Of a stretch of 64,000 nucleotides of DNA, positions 18,419 through 28,915 are shown in pieces; position 1 is the stretch's first letter, and each line of letters opens with the position of its first letter. The stretch lies in assembly GCA_965225945.1 (NCBI GenBank), contig CBDDBZ010000030.1, positions 1 to 64,000 of the forward strand, given 5' to 3'. The notes under the pieces were generated by a model that saw only the letters and a program-made list of their open reading frames with translations, made no database searches and had not been told where the DNA came from. This DNA is from Alphaproteobacteria bacterium (GTDB taxonomy: Bacteria; Pseudomonadota; Alphaproteobacteria; GCA-2731375). Both the position numbers and the translations under genes were made by a program.

Positions 18419-19210
18419 CTACGCCGCGCGCAGCGCCTTCAGCTTGATCAGCATCGAGAGCGTGCGCTCGAACCCGCGGTCGAGAGTCGCGGCGTGGCGG
18501 TGCAGCCGTTCCAGCGCCGCCTCGTCGAGGGCGCTGGCGAAGAGGTGATCGCGGATCAGATCGCCATGCACCAGCACGGCGCGGCGGGATTCGAGCGCCG
18601 GCAGGAGCGTCTCGTCCAGCCACGCGAAGAGCGATGGCTCGTTCCGAGGGCCGCAAGGGGGCTCCGCCGCCACCCGGTACCAGGCCTCGCGCGACTCCCG
18701 ATCGAGACGCCGCTCGATGCCGCCCTCGGTGGCGCGGGCGCCGTCGGCGTAGCGCCGCGCCGCGCGCGCCGCCTCGAGCCGGGCGTCGAGCGCGCAGAGG
18801 GCCTCCCGCCGCCCCGCCTGGTCCAGGCGCAGGACGTCGCGCACGGCGTCGGGCGCGACGCGGGAGATGTCCGAGACCAGGAGCAGCGGCGTCGCCAGCC
18901 AGGCCGAGTCGCCGGAGGTGACGTGGGAGGCGCCGTCCGAAGTATTGCGCCGCAGGCAGTCGTGGTGCGCCGCGTCCTCCGCCCGCCGCAGCCGGCCGCG
19001 GCGCCAGAGGATGTCCGCCAGCTCCTCGACCAGATGGCTTTCCGTCGGTCCGGCGGGGGCGTGCTCGCCACGAAGCTGCTCCAGGAGTTCGGCGCGCTTC
19101 GCCGCGTTCTCCCAGGGCAGCACCGGCGCGGCGCTGGCGAGACCATGCCGCGTCGCGTTCAGCCGCCGGGGCACGGGTAGGGTCGGCTCGGAGGGCGATG
19201 GCTCGGACAA
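18419..19210 (-). CDS. Hypothetical protein (NAxxHGL...P.E..LVEELA...WR..R family, often in mobile regions)
   Basis: Long helical ORF with host-like codon usage. Start uncertain (TTG near 19210). Confidence 0.5.
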   Translation of the reverse strand: MSEPSPSEPTLPVPRRLNATRHGLASAAPVLPWENAAKRAELLEQLRGEHAPAGPTESHLVEELADILWRRGRLRRAEDAAHHDCLRRNTSDGASHVTSGDSAWLATPLLLVSDISRVAPDAVRDVLRLDQAGRREALCALDARLEAARAARRYADGARATEGGIERRLDRESREAWYRVAAEPPCGPRNEPSLFAWLDETLLPALESRRAVLVHGDLIRDHLFASALDEAALERLHRHAATLDRGFERTLSMLIKLKALRAA

Positions 19211-19812
19211 GGGCTGGACTCGTCGATAAGAAATTTCGATAGCGGCAATAATCCGCCAGGTAGGAAATCTAGTGTCAAAATACAACCTTTCCAGCGGGAA
19301 AAAGTATTTCTATATATGCGGTATTAATCATCTAGGGCCCGAGAGGGCTTTTTTGCAGAACGAAGCTCGTCCGGTTGGGGGCGAAGCTGGAACGGCGTTG
19401 AATTTCAATATCTTGATGAATTTTGGAATATTCGGATCGCATTATAACCGCGCTCGAAAACGTCGTCATCCGGGATGACGCGCGGCAATTCGGCGCATTT
19501 TAGCCCCGCCTAGAGCACTTTCCGACCAGGTTGAAACCTTCGGTGGGCCTCCCGCGCCCCTGCATCGTTTCGGGGGACGGTTTATCATTTTCTAGGCGTC
19601 GCTGGGACCGTGAGGCATCACCGTTCGGAGGGCCGCCCTGGATCGCCTCGGTGGTTCGCGCTTCGCGACATTTTGGGGTGATCCGCTCGTCGCGACGATG
19701 CAGCGCGCGCGATCCCGTCGGACCAGATCGCACGCCTGCGTCTCCACAAGATTCGGATGGCGCTTCCGCGCCGCGCGCCCGATCATGGCGTCGGAAACGC
19801 GGGAGGTAGCGG

Positions 19813-20535
19813 ATGACCGGGACGACGGCGGCGGCCGAGGCGCGGCTCGCGCGGCTCGATTGGCGGAAAATCGAGGTGATGCTGGCGGGCGAGGGCCACG
19901 CGCGGACCGGACCGCTGCTGAGCGCGGACGCGTGCGAGGCCATCGCCGGGCTGTTCGACGACGACGGCCGCTTCCGCGCCACCATCGAGATGGCGCGCCA
20001 TGGTTATGGCGAAGGCCGCTACCGCTATTTCGCCGAGCCGCCGCCATCGCCGGTGGGTGAGTTCAGAACCGCCTTCTACGCCCGCCTGGCGCCCATCGCC
20101 AACGCCATGACCGCCGCGATGGGGCGCGAGGAACGCTATCCGGCGAGCCTCGCCGCCTTCCGCCGGCGCTGCCATGAAGCCGGTCAACGGTGCCCGACGC
20201 CCCTGCTGCTGCGCTACGAGGCGGGCGGTTACAACCGGCTCCACCGCGATCTTTACGGCGAGCTGTCGTTTCCCCTCCAGGTGGCGATCTGCCTCTCGCG
20301 CCCCGGCGTCGACTTCACCGGCGGCGCCTTCCTTCTCGTGGAGCAGAGCCCGAGGCGGCAATCCAGGGGCGAGGCCATCGACCTGGCCCAGGGGGAGGCG
20401 GTCATCTTCCCGACCTTCGAACGCCCCGTCCAGGGTCGGCGCGGGACCTACCGGGCCGCCATGCGGCACGGCGCCAGCCGCGTCCTCACCGGGCGACGCC
20501 ACGTCCTGGGGTTGATTTTCCACGACGCCGCCTGA
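19813..20535 (+). CDS. 2OG-Fe(II) oxygenase (DUF2086-like)
   Basis: Motifs YNRLHRDLYGE..FP.Q, GG.F, MRHG.S, IFHDA. RBS ggagg. Confidence 0.85.
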   Translation: MTGTTAAAEARLARLDWRKIEVMLAGEGHARTGPLLSADACEAIAGLFDDDGRFRATIEMARHGYGEGRYRYFAEPPPSPVGEFRTAFYARLAPIANAMTAAMGREERYPASLAAFRRRCHEAGQRCPTPLLLRYEAGGYNRLHRDLYGELSFPLQVAICLSRPGVDFTGGAFLLVEQSPRRQSRGEAIDLAQGEAVIFPTFERPVQGRRGTYRAAMRHGASRVLTGRRHVLGLIFHDAA

Positions 20536-20559
20536 GCGGCGAACAGCAAGGAGCCCTCG

Positions 20560-20636
20560 CGCGGGCCGACGAGGCGCTTCGCCTCCTCGCCGAGCGCCGC
20601 GCGATCGGCCGCGTCGTGCTGACGATCGGGGATTGA
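20560..20636 (+). pseudogene. Short C-terminal relic of a quinone oxidoreductase/MDR-family gene
   Basis: LARADEALRLLAERRAIGRVVLTI* resembles the MDR C-terminus. No N-terminal part is present. Confidence 0.35.
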
Positions 20637-20744
20637 AGACGCTCGCCCGGTGGGCCGCGCGAGCGGCAACCATCGATGACTCCGACGAGGGCAACGCGCT
20701 GGCCGGCCTATGCCCCCCCCGAGCCATTGGCTACACTCGCCGCC

Positions 20745-21413
20745 ATGCGGCGGCTCTATCAGTATTGGCTCTCTCCGTTCTCCCGAAAGGTCCGAATCGT
20801 CTTGAACGAGAAAGGCCTGGAATACGAGATGGAGGTCGAAAAATTCTGGGAGCGGCGGGACGAGTTCCTCATCCTCAACCCCGCCGGCACCGTGCCCGTG
20901 GTGATCGAGCCCGAGGGCACGATCCTGGCCGACAGCCAGGCGATCTGCGAATATCTGGAGGAAACGTTTCCCGAACACCCCCTGCTCGGCTCGACACCGG
21001 CGGTTCGCGCGGAGACCCGGCGCCTGGTCGCCTGGTTCGACCAGAAGTTTCACCGCGAGGTGACCCAGCACCTGCTGCAGGAAAAACTGCTGAAACGCTT
21101 CATGGAGATGGGCGAGCCGAATAGCGAGCTGATCCGCGCGGGCGCCACGAACATCGCCTACCACCTGAAATACATCGGCTATCTGGGGGAACGGCGAAAC
21201 TGGCTCGCGGGCGCGGATTTCGGTCTCGCCGATATCGCCGCGGCGGCGCAGTTGAGCTGCCTCGACTACCTGGGCGACGTGCCCTGGCAGGCCGACGAGG
21301 GGGCCAAGAACTGGTATGCCCGGGTGAAGTCCCGACCCAGCATGCGGGCGATCCTGGCCGACCACATCCCCGGCCTGCCGCCGCCGCGCCATTATGCGGA
21401 CCTGGATTTCTGA
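20745..21413 (+). CDS. fzlA: Glutathione S-transferase-family FtsZ-binding protein FzlA
   Basis: GST motifs SPFSRKVR, LNPAG.VPV and DS.AI.EYL, with the conserved C-terminus YADLDF. Confidence 0.75.
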   Translation: MRRLYQYWLSPFSRKVRIVLNEKGLEYEMEVEKFWERRDEFLILNPAGTVPVVIEPEGTILADSQAICEYLEETFPEHPLLGSTPAVRAETRRLVAWFDQKFHREVTQHLLQEKLLKRFMEMGEPNSELIRAGATNIAYHLKYIGYLGERRNWLAGADFGLADIAAAAQLSCLDYLGDVPWQADEGAKNWYARVKSRPSMRAILADHIPGLPPPRHYADLDF

Positions 21414-21418
21414 GCCTC

Positions 21419-21898
21419 ATGGGGGGGACTTCGGGCCGCCTCGACCTGACCGGGCTGGAGGCGACGGCGCGCGTGGCGGGCCGCCTCGCCACGGCCTGGC
21501 ATCCCGGTGACGTGGTGACGCTCGCCGGTCCGCTCGGCGCCGGCAAGACCACCTTCGCCCGCTTTCTGATCCGCGCCATGGGCGTGGCGGAAGAGGTCCC
21601 GAGCCCGACCTTCAACCTCGTGCTGGACTATGGCTGCCCCCGGGGCGAGATCCGCCATTTCGACCTGTTTCGTCTGAACGCGCCGGAAGAGGCCTTCGAG
21701 CTCGGCATCGAGGAGGCCTTCGAGGAAGCGCTTGTGCTGATCGAATGGCCGGAGCGGATCGCCGAATTGTTGCCGAGGTCGCGGCTGGATCTGGTCCTCT
21801 CGAGCGGGGAAGGCCATGAGGACCGCGATCTCGCCTGGCACGCCTGGGGCGAGGGCGGCGGGCGCTTGGCGGCGGCGCTCGCGGGAGCGCAGGCGTGA
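21419..21898 (+). CDS. tsaE: tRNA threonylcarbamoyladenosine biosynthesis ATPase
   Basis: Motifs GPLGAGKTT, VPSPTF, HFDLFRL, LIEW. Confidence 0.95.
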   Translation: MGGTSGRLDLTGLEATARVAGRLATAWHPGDVVTLAGPLGAGKTTFARFLIRAMGVAEEVPSPTFNLVLDYGCPRGEIRHFDLFRLNAPEEAFELGIEEAFEEALVLIEWPERIAELLPRSRLDLVLSSGEGHEDRDLAWHAWGEGGGRLAAALAGAQA

Positions 21899-22866
21899 GC
21901 AACGAGGGGAGAATCGTCGATTTTCTCGCCGGCCAGGGTTTGGCGAAGGCGGCAATGACGATGCTGGCGGGCGATGCCTCGGCCAGGCGCTATTGGCGCC
22001 TGGTCGAAGCTGGCTCCGGGACGCACATTGTGATGGATGCCTCGGCCACCGGCGATCTCGCGTCATTCCGGCTGGTGGCGGGCTTGCTCGCAGACCTCGG
22101 GCTCGCCGTCCCCGAGATCCGCGCCGTCGACCCGGCGGCCGGGCTCGCCCTGATCGAGGATTTCGGCGACGCGCTGTTCGCCGATCTATGGGCTGGCGGC
22201 CAGCCGCCGGAAGTGCTGTTCGACCTCGCGGTCGACGTGCTGATCGCGCTTCACCGGCGCTTCGACCCTGCCTCGGCGCCGGCGTTGCCGCGCTACGACG
22301 CAGCGCTGTTCCTGGCCCAACTCGAGCTCTTTGTGGCGCAGATGGAGGTCACGTCCGACGCGGCCCGGGGCGCGTTCTCGGGGCTCTGGGCCGAACTTCT
22401 GGCGACGGCCACGGGCGTGCCGAGCTCGCTGCTGCACCGCGACTACCACGCCGGCAACCTGGTCCGGCGCGAGGGGGAATCGGGCATCGCCGCCTGCGGT
22501 ATCCTGGATTTCCAGGACGCCGGCCTCGGCCCGATCACCTACGACCTCGCAAGCCTGGTGGAAGACGCGCGCCGCGACGTCGCGCCCGCGCTGCGGCGGC
22601 GTGCCGTCGCGCGCTACCTCGCGGCCTTTCCGGCGATCGACGCCCGGGGCTTCGAGCGCTCCCTCGCGATCCTGGCGCTGATGCGCCATTTGCGCGTGGT
22701 CGCGGTCTTCCTGCGCCTCGCGAGGTGCCACGGCAAGACCGGCTATTTGGTCCATCTGCCGAGGCTCTGGCGGCTGATCGAGGGGCACCTGGCGCGGCCC
22801 GAGTGCGCCGCGCTCCGCGACTGGTTCGACGCCAACGTGGCGCCGCCGCGCTATTCGCCGATCTGA
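21895..22866 (+). CDS. amgK: Aminoglycoside-phosphotransferase-family kinase (AmgK-like MurNAc/GlcNAc kinase)
   Basis: Motifs GDASARRY.R, EDFGD, HRDYH..NL, LDFQDA..G...YDL.SL. Coupled to tsaE. Confidence 0.75.
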   Translation: MSNEGRIVDFLAGQGLAKAAMTMLAGDASARRYWRLVEAGSGTHIVMDASATGDLASFRLVAGLLADLGLAVPEIRAVDPAAGLALIEDFGDALFADLWAGGQPPEVLFDLAVDVLIALHRRFDPASAPALPRYDAALFLAQLELFVAQMEVTSDAARGAFSGLWAELLATATGVPSSLLHRDYHAGNLVRREGESGIAACGILDFQDAGLGPITYDLASLVEDARRDVAPALRRRAVARYLAAFPAIDARGFERSLAILALMRHLRVVAVFLRLARCHGKTGYLVHLPRLWRLIEGHLARPECAALRDWFDANVAPPRYSPI

Positions 22867-23675
22867 AGCAGCAGCGCGCGCTCTCGCGCCGCCTCGAAGC
22901 AATGGAGAAAGACCAGGGAGCCGGCGAGGAAATAGACGATGTTGAGCGCCAACGCGCGCAGCATCAGGCCGGCCTCGAAAGTGCCGTCGATCAGCAGCGC
23001 CCGCATGCCTTCGAAGACATGCGCGCTCGGTAGTGACCAGGCGATCGGCTGCAGCCATTCGGGCAACGTCGCGATCGGATAATAGATGCCGCTGATCGGC
23101 GCCAGCGCGAACACCGCCGCCCAGGCCAGGCTCTCCGCCCCGAGCCCGAGCCGGAGCACCATGCCGGAAATCGCCAGTCCCACCGCCCAGCCCATGGCGA
23201 TCAGGTTGAAGAAGAAGGCGACCAGCGCCAGCCCCATGCCATAGACCGAGAAATCGAACAGCACCATGGCGAAGAGGCTGGTCGGAATCGCCCCGATCAG
23301 CGTGCGAAAGAGGCTGATGGTGACCAGCGCCGCGATCATCTCCACCGGCCGCAATGGGCTGGTGAAGAGGTGGCCGAGATTGCGCGACCACATCTCCTCC
23401 AGAAACGAGATCGAGAGGCCGATCTGGCCCCGGAACAACACGTCCCAGAGCAGCACGCCGGCGAGCAAAATGCCGAAGGTCTGGGCGATATAGGACGAGT
23501 TGGTGGCGAGAAACTGGGTGAGGAAGCCCCAGAGAATCATCTGCATCGTCGGCCAGTAGGCGAGCTCCACGATTCTAGGCCAAGAGCCGCGCAGCAGATA
23601 GAGATAGCGCCGCACCAGCGCCCCCACTCGGCCCGGCGAATAGGCGGGATTGCGGCGCTCGAGGCGCGCGCTCAT
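22851..23675 (-). CDS. ABC-2 type transporter permease
   Basis: About six hydrophobic segments and YYP...LP.WLQ. Coupled to the ATPase gene. Confidence 0.85.
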   Translation of the reverse strand: MSARLERRNPAYSPGRVGALVRRYLYLLRGSWPRIVELAYWPTMQMILWGFLTQFLATNSSYIAQTFGILLAGVLLWDVLFRGQIGLSISFLEEMWSRNLGHLFTSPLRPVEMIAALVTISLFRTLIGAIPTSLFAMVLFDFSVYGMGLALVAFFFNLIAMGWAVGLAISGMVLRLGLGAESLAWAAVFALAPISGIYYPIATLPEWLQPIAWSLPSAHVFEGMRALLIDGTFEAGLMLRALALNIVYFLAGSLVFLHCFEAARERALLLQIGE

Positions 23676-24424
23676 TCGGCGGCACCCCGGGCCCGCCCCC
23701 GCCCCTGGGCGATGTCGAGAAAGACCTCCTCCAAATTCCGCCGGCCATAGCGCTGGATCAGCTCCCCGGGCGCGCCCCGGTCGACGATCCGCCCGGCGCC
23801 CAACATGATCACCTCGTCGGCGAGCATCTCCACCTCCACCATGTTGTGGGAGGCGAACAGGATCGTCGCCCCGCTGTCGCGCCGCCAGGCGAGCAGGACA
23901 TCGCGGATCCAGGACGCCGATTCCGGATCGAGGGAGGCGGTCGGCTCGTCCAACAACAGCACATCAGGCTGGTTCACCAGGGCCTTGGCGAGCGCGACCC
24001 GGGTCTTCTGCCCGGCCGAGAGAGAGCCGGTGCGCCGCCCCAACAATTCGACGATGCGCAGCCGTTCGGCCACCACATCGACCGCCCGGCGGCGCTCCAC
24101 CATGCCGTAGAGTTGGGCATAGACAGCCAGGTTCTCGGCCACGCTCAAGCGCTGCGGCAGCTCGACATAGGGCGAGGAAAAGTTCATCCGGCCCAGCACC
24201 CGGTGGCGCCGGCGCGCCATGTCGGTGCCCAGGACCTCGATCCGCCCGGCGCTCGGCTTGACCAGGCCCAGCAGCATGCCGATGGTGGTGGTCTTGCCGG
24301 CGCCGTTGCCGCCCAGAAGCGCCGTCACGCCGCCCATGGGCACGGTGAAATCAATGCCGTCGACCGCGACGACATCTCCGAAGCGCTTGGCCAGGCCCTC
24401 GGCGACGATGGCGTTCTCGGACAT
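23672..24424 (-). CDS. ABC transporter ATP-binding protein
   Basis: Motifs GGNGAGKTT, LSAGQ, LLLDEPT, SH. Confidence 0.95.
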   Translation of the reverse strand: MSENAIVAEGLAKRFGDVVAVDGIDFTVPMGGVTALLGGNGAGKTTTIGMLLGLVKPSAGRIEVLGTDMARRRHRVLGRMNFSSPYVELPQRLSVAENLAVYAQLYGMVERRRAVDVVAERLRIVELLGRRTGSLSAGQKTRVALAKALVNQPDVLLLDEPTASLDPESASWIRDVLLAWRRDSGATILFASHNMVEVEMLADEVIMLGAGRIVDRGAPGELIQRYGRRNLEEVFLDIAQGRGRARGAAE

Positions 24425-24495
24425 AGGCCACTATCGCCCGCGCGCCGGCGATGTCCAGCCTCCAACCGAGAGCCAATCCAGCGAAGGCGAAAGGA

Positions 24496-25926
24496 TCACG
24501 CGGCCCAAATCGCGGGCCGGCGATCGATCCAGGGCCGCGCGCGCTCCAACTGGCCGGCGAGGCTCAGCAGCGTCGCTTCGGCGCCGAAGCGGGCGGCGAA
24601 CTGCACCCCCACCGGTAGGCCGTCGTCGCTCCAATGGAGCGGCAGGGTGATCGCCGGCTGGCCCGAGAGGTTCTGCTGCGGCGTGAAGGAGATGTAGCGG
24701 AACAGCCGGTCGTAATAGTCGTCGATGTCCTCCGTCGTCATCACCAGGGCGCCGAGCGGGACCGGCCGTTCGGCGAGCGTCGGGGTCAACAAAATGTCGT
24801 AATCCTCGTGGAACTCGGCGAGCTTGCGGCCGAAGGCGTGAATTTCCTGCAAGGTTGCGAGATAGTCGGGCGCGGCGATGCGCGCGCCCTCCTCCGCCGT
24901 CAACCGGGTGATCGGCTCCAATTCGTCGGCGCGGGGCGGACGGCCGAGCGCCGCCTCGCGGCGAGAGAGGTTGAGCCGTGCGTTGACTCCGCCGAAACGA
25001 CGCCACGCGGTGGCCATCCACTCGAAATCGATCTCCGGATCGGCCGCCTCGACCTCGTGGCCGAGCTCCGCCAGCAGGGCCGCCGTCGCGTCCACGGCAT
25101 CGCCGCAGGCCGGATCGAGGCGCTGGTCGGCGCGCACGCGTTTCGAGACCGCGACGCGCAAGCGGCCCGGCTCGGCGCCGACGGCCTCGGCGAAGGGGCC
25201 CTCGCCGCTCGGCGACCCGTTCGGCGCGCCGAGCTCGGGGCCGGCCATCGCATCCAGGAAATGCGCCGAATCGCGGACCGTGCGGGCGACCACGTGACCG
25301 ACGCTGATCAGGCTTTCGCCGAGATCGGGCCCGACCGGCATGCGGCCTCGGGTGGTCTTGAGGCCGACCAGGCCACAAGCGGAGGCCGGGATGCGGATCG
25401 AGCCGCCGCCGTCGGTCGCGTGCGCGGCCGGCAACACGCCCGCGGCGACAGCGGACGACGAGCCGCCGCTGGAGCCGCCACAGCTGCGCGTCACGTCCCA
25501 CGGGTTGGGCGCGGGGCCATGCGCCACCGGTTCCGTCGTGGCGCAGAGGCCGTATTCCGGCGTGTTGGTCTTGGCCATGACGACCAGACCGGCGCGCTTG
25601 TGGCGGATCACCAGCTCGCTGTCGTGGTCGGGGACGAAATCCGCGTAGAAGCGGCTGCCCTGGCGCGTCGGCACGCCCGCGTAGAACAGGTTCAGGTCCT
25701 TCAGCATGAAGGGGACGCCGGCGAAGGGACCGTCGGGCACGCCCGCTTCGAGAGTGCGGCGCGCCTCGGCCTCCATCTCGTGCACGACGGCGTTGAGATC
25801 CGGCTGCACCCGGCGCATACGCATCAGCGCGGCCTCCAGCACCTCCTCGGCCGTCACCTCGCGTTTGCGGATCAACTCCGCCAGCCCGACCGCGTCATAA
25901 CGCGAATATTCCGCAAACCCCGCCAT
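24496..25926 (-). CDS. Amidase signature family protein
   Basis: Motifs [26 protein letters not shown] gggaggg before ATG 25926. Confidence 0.92.
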   Translation of the reverse strand: MAGFAEYSRYDAVGLAELIRKREVTAEEVLEAALMRMRRVQPDLNAVVHEMEAEARRTLEAGVPDGPFAGVPFMLKDLNLFYAGVPTRQGSRFYADFVPDHDSELVIRHKRAGLVVMAKTNTPEYGLCATTEPVAHGPAPNPWDVTRSCGGSSGGSSSAVAAGVLPAAHATDGGGSIRIPASACGLVGLKTTRGRMPVGPDLGESLISVGHVVARTVRDSAHFLDAMAGPELGAPNGSPSGEGPFAEAVGAEPGRLRVAVSKRVRADQRLDPACGDAVDATAALLAELGHEVEAADPEIDFEWMATAWRRFGGVNARLNLSRREAALGRPPRADELEPITRLTAEEGARIAAPDYLATLQEIHAFGRKLAEFHEDYDILLTPTLAERPVPLGALVMTTEDIDDYYDRLFRYISFTPQQNLSGQPAITLPLHWSDDGLPVGVQFAARFGAEATLLSLAGQLERARPWIDRRPAIWAA

Positions 25927-25981
25927 CTCTCGCCCTCCCGATGATCGTGGTGACAAGGCTAGTCGAGGCCGACGACGCATG

Positions 25982-26089
25982 CTAGGGCGCTTCGCGTTCG
26001 AAGCCATACGCCGGGCCCCTGCCGCGTGCGGCGATCGACAAAGACGGGCGGGGGAGCGGGCGGGTTCGACCCATCTTGAAACGCTCTAG
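25982..26089. repeat. ~108-bp CTAG-bounded MITE-like intergenic repeat
   Basis: Ends ctagggcgcttc / gaaacgctctag form a 10/12 IR. The right CTAG supplies the MFS stop codon. Confidence 0.45.
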
Positions 26090-27507
26090 CCCCGCCGCTC
26101 CTCGACCGGCAGCAGCAACAGAAATCCGGCGACGAGAAATAGCGGCAGCACGGCGATGCCGGCCCGTTGGCTTTCGAAGGCGGCGGTCAGAGTGGCGATC
26201 AGGAACGGCGCCAGGAACGCGGTGGCGCGTCCCGACAGCGCGAAGAGGCCATAGAATTCGGTAATCATCTCGCCCGGCGCCAGTCGCGCGACCATGGTCC
26301 GGCTCGCCGCCTGCAGCGGCCCGCCGAAGAAACCGAGCAGAATGCCGAAGGCGAGGAAGACCCGCTCCGCCAGGGTCGGGAAGAAGCCAGCGTCCGGCGG
26401 GGCGTCCGGCGCGATCTCGACCTCCTCGGTGAGCACGAAGAAGATGGTGTGGCGCGCCATGCCGTCCGCCAGTGGCGCCGTCGAGATCGAGACGACGCCG
26501 AGCGTCGCGAGCAGAATGCCGGCCAGCGCGATCTGGATCACCCGCTTGGAGCCGAGCCAATCGTCGAGCCAGCCGCCGAGGATGGCGCCGAGGGCGGCGA
26601 AGACCAAGAGGATGATGCCGAAGACGCCGAGCGTCACCGTCGTCCACTCGAAGGCGCCGGCGGCGTAGATGCCGCCGAAGGCGAAGATCGCCGTCAGCCC
26701 GTCCTGGTAGAGCATCCGGGCGACGAGAAAGCGCCAGAAGTTGGCCTGCGCGCGGGCCTGGCGGAGCGTCGCGAGGAGCCGGCGGAGCCCCTCGCCCACC
26801 GCCCGCCCGAGCCCTCGCCCGCTCGGGCGCTCATCCGGCGTGAAGAGGAATAGCGGCGCCACGAACACCACGACCCAGAGCCCCGAGAGCGGACCCACCA
26901 TGCGGTCGTGTTCGTGCGCCACCTTGTCGAGACCGAACCAAGGCGCCTCCGGCAGACTAAAGCCGAACAGCACGACGAAGAGCGCCAGCAGCCCGCCGAC
27001 GTAGCCGAGCCCCCAGGCGCGCCCCGAAAGCCGGCCGATCTCCGGCCCCGGTACGAGGCCGGGGAGCATGGCGTTGTTGAAGATGGTGGAAAATTCCGCC
27101 CCCAGCGTCGCCAGCACCACCAGTGCCAGGATCGGCCAGAGGGGCGCTCCCGGCACCGCCCACCAGAGGCCGGTGCAGGCCAGGACGAGGACCGCTTGGA
27201 AGCCCCCGATCCAGGGCTTGCGAGGGCCGTGCGCGTCGGCGACCGCGCCCAGGATCGGGCCGAACACGGCGATGGCGAGGCCGGCGAGACTTTGCGCATA
27301 ACCCCATTGCGCCTGGCCGAGCACCGCGTCGCTGACCACCGTGGTGGCGAAGTAGGGCGCGAAGATGAAGGTGGTGACGAGGGTGAAGAACGGCTGGTTC
27401 GACCAATCGAACATGGCCCAGCCGAAGCGGCCGAGCCGGCCGGCGTCGGGCGCCGTCCCGTGGCGGCGTCGTCCGGCCTCAGGGTTCCGTTGGCGCTTCC
27501 CCGTCAT
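26086..27507 (-). CDS. MFS transporter (ATG22/UMF1-like)
   Basis: Motifs W.MFDW, G..AD..G.RK and FYGLF.LSG; about 12 transmembrane segments. Confidence 0.88.
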   Translation of the reverse strand: MTGKRQRNPEAGRRRHGTAPDAGRLGRFGWAMFDWSNQPFFTLVTTFIFAPYFATTVVSDAVLGQAQWGYAQSLAGLAIAVFGPILGAVADAHGPRKPWIGGFQAVLVLACTGLWWAVPGAPLWPILALVVLATLGAEFSTIFNNAMLPGLVPGPEIGRLSGRAWGLGYVGGLLALFVVLFGFSLPEAPWFGLDKVAHEHDRMVGPLSGLWVVVFVAPLFLFTPDERPSGRGLGRAVGEGLRRLLATLRQARAQANFWRFLVARMLYQDGLTAIFAFGGIYAAGAFEWTTVTLGVFGIILLVFAALGAILGGWLDDWLGSKRVIQIALAGILLATLGVVSISTAPLADGMARHTIFFVLTEEVEIAPDAPPDAGFFPTLAERVFLAFGILLGFFGGPLQAASRTMVARLAPGEMITEFYGLFALSGRATAFLAPFLIATLTAAFESQRAGIAVLPLFLVAGFLLLLPVEERRG

Positions 27508-27600
27508 GTAGGGCCTCTTCCCCGCCGGCGAGGATTTTTTCGCGATTTGTCGCCGCCCGGGTCATGCCGTCCTCTGAATGGCGTGTGCCGGAGCGGCGCT

Positions 27601-27879
27601 TTACGGCTCCCGCCGACCGCCGACGAAGCTGACGCCGTCGGGGCCCACCGTTTCGCTGTGGACGCGGTCCGCCGCCATGGTGAATTGGTCGCCGACCTCG
27701 AAATGGCGGCTCTCGCCCTCGACGGTGATGTGGAAGTCGCCGGCGGTGACCAGCCCCAAGACATGGAAGTGATGCGCGTGGTCCGCCATTTCGCTCGAGG
27801 GCTCCATCGACTTGGTCCCGACCTCGTAGCCCTCGGCGGCGAGCTTCGCCTCGAATTCGGAAATCCGCTTCGCGTCCAT
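27601..27879 (-). CDS. Small cupin-domain protein
   Basis: HAHHF...V.AG...I and GD.F...A...HSE..G motifs. RBS gaggagg. Confidence 0.75.
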   Translation of the reverse strand: MDAKRISEFEAKLAAEGYEVGTKSMEPSSEMADHAHHFHVLGLVTAGDFHITVEGESRHFEVGDQFTMAADRVHSETVGPDGVSFVGGRREP

Positions 27880-27974
27880 CCTTGGCTTCCTCCTCGAAGA
27901 TGATGGTCGGGCGCGTAGTCTACACGAACCCCGAGTCCGACGGCCATGCCTCGGCCGGGCGCCGCCCGGGCCGG

Positions 27975-28009
27975 TTGACTCCAGTCGGAAAAAAGAACAA
28001 AATACGAAC
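27975..28009 (+). promoter_or_regulatory. SOS promoter of imuABC: -35 TTGACT plus alphaproteobacterial LexA box GAAC-N7-GAAC (27995-28009)
   Basis: gaacaaaatacgaac lies upstream of imuA in an AT-rich patch. Confidence 0.85.
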
Positions 28010-28075
28010 ATTCAATGCGGCAAATGCCGGAACGAGAGGCGCGAAGCGCCCGAGAAGAGAAGAGGAGACGCGAGC

Positions 28076-28915
28076 GTGTCCGAAGGGTCCTTCGACCGTC
28101 CCCGGCTTCGCGTCGTGCCGGCGCCGGCGGTATCGCCGCCGTCGGCTCGCGCGAGCGCGGGCGCGACCAAGATGCGGGTGCTGGCGGCGCTCAGGCGGCG
28201 GATCGAGGCGATCGAGCGGCCGGCGCTCGGCCGCGGCGGGGCGGCGGCGCTCGGCTTCGGGGTCGCGGCGATCGACGCCGTGCTGCCGGAGGGTGGGCTG
28301 CGTCCGGCCGGCCTGCACGAGTTTCTGGGCGCTGGCGGAGCCACGGCGCTGGTGGCGGCGCTGGCGGCCCGACGGCTGGCCCGAGATGGCCGGGGCCCGG
28401 TGCTCTGGTGTCTCGATAGCGCGAGTTTTTATCCCCCCGGCCCCTATCCCCCCGGCCTCGCCGCCTTCGGCCTGGGGGCGGAGCGCTTGATCCTGGTCCG
28501 GGCGCGGGCGGGGCGGGAGGTTCTCTGGGCGATGGAGGAGGCCTTGGCCGCCGGCCGCGTGGCGCTGGTCGTCGGCGAGGTGGCGCGCCTCGATTCCACG
28601 GCCGGCCGGCGCCTGCAGCTCGCGGCGGAGGCAGGCGCCACGCCGGCCCTGCTGCTGCGCCGCCCAGACGCCGCCACCACGCTCGGGGCGCTGACCCGCT
28701 GGCGGGTGGGAAGTGCGCCGAGCGGCCCGGCCGCCCATGCGAGCGGCCTCGGCGCCCCCCGCCTCGCCCTGGAACTCCTACGCGCCCGGGGCGGTGCCCC
28801 CGGTGCCTGGCTGATCGAGTGGAACCATGCGACGCGTTCTTTCTCTCTGGTTGCCGTACTGGTCGACCGAGCGGTCGAGGCGGCGCCCGCGGGCGCCCGC
28901 GCCGCCCGGGCCTGA
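28076..28915 (+). CDS. imuA: ImuA (RecA-like mutasome accessory protein)
   Basis: ID..LP.GGL....LHE, YPPGL..FGL, LWAMEEAL, RRLQLAAE. Confidence 0.9.
   Translation: MSEGSFDRPRLRVVPAPAVSPPSARASAGATKMRVLAALRRRIEAIERPALGRGGAAALGFGVAAIDAVLPEGGLRPAGLHEFLGAGGATALVAALAARRLARDGRGPVLWCLDSASFYPPGPYPPGLAAFGLGAERLILVRARAGREVLWAMEEALAAGRVALVVGEVARLDSTAGRRLQLAAEAGATPALLLRRPDAATTLGALTRWRVGSAPSGPAAHASGLGAPRLALELLRARGGAPGAWLIEWNHATRSFSLVAVLVDRAVEAAPAGARAARA

Noticed and set aside
19510-19700. Possible tRNA/tmRNA or other RNA at the island's right boundary
   Set aside because: No cloverleaf, T-loop/CCA or tag reading frame was found; only a weak CTAG-type repeat half.
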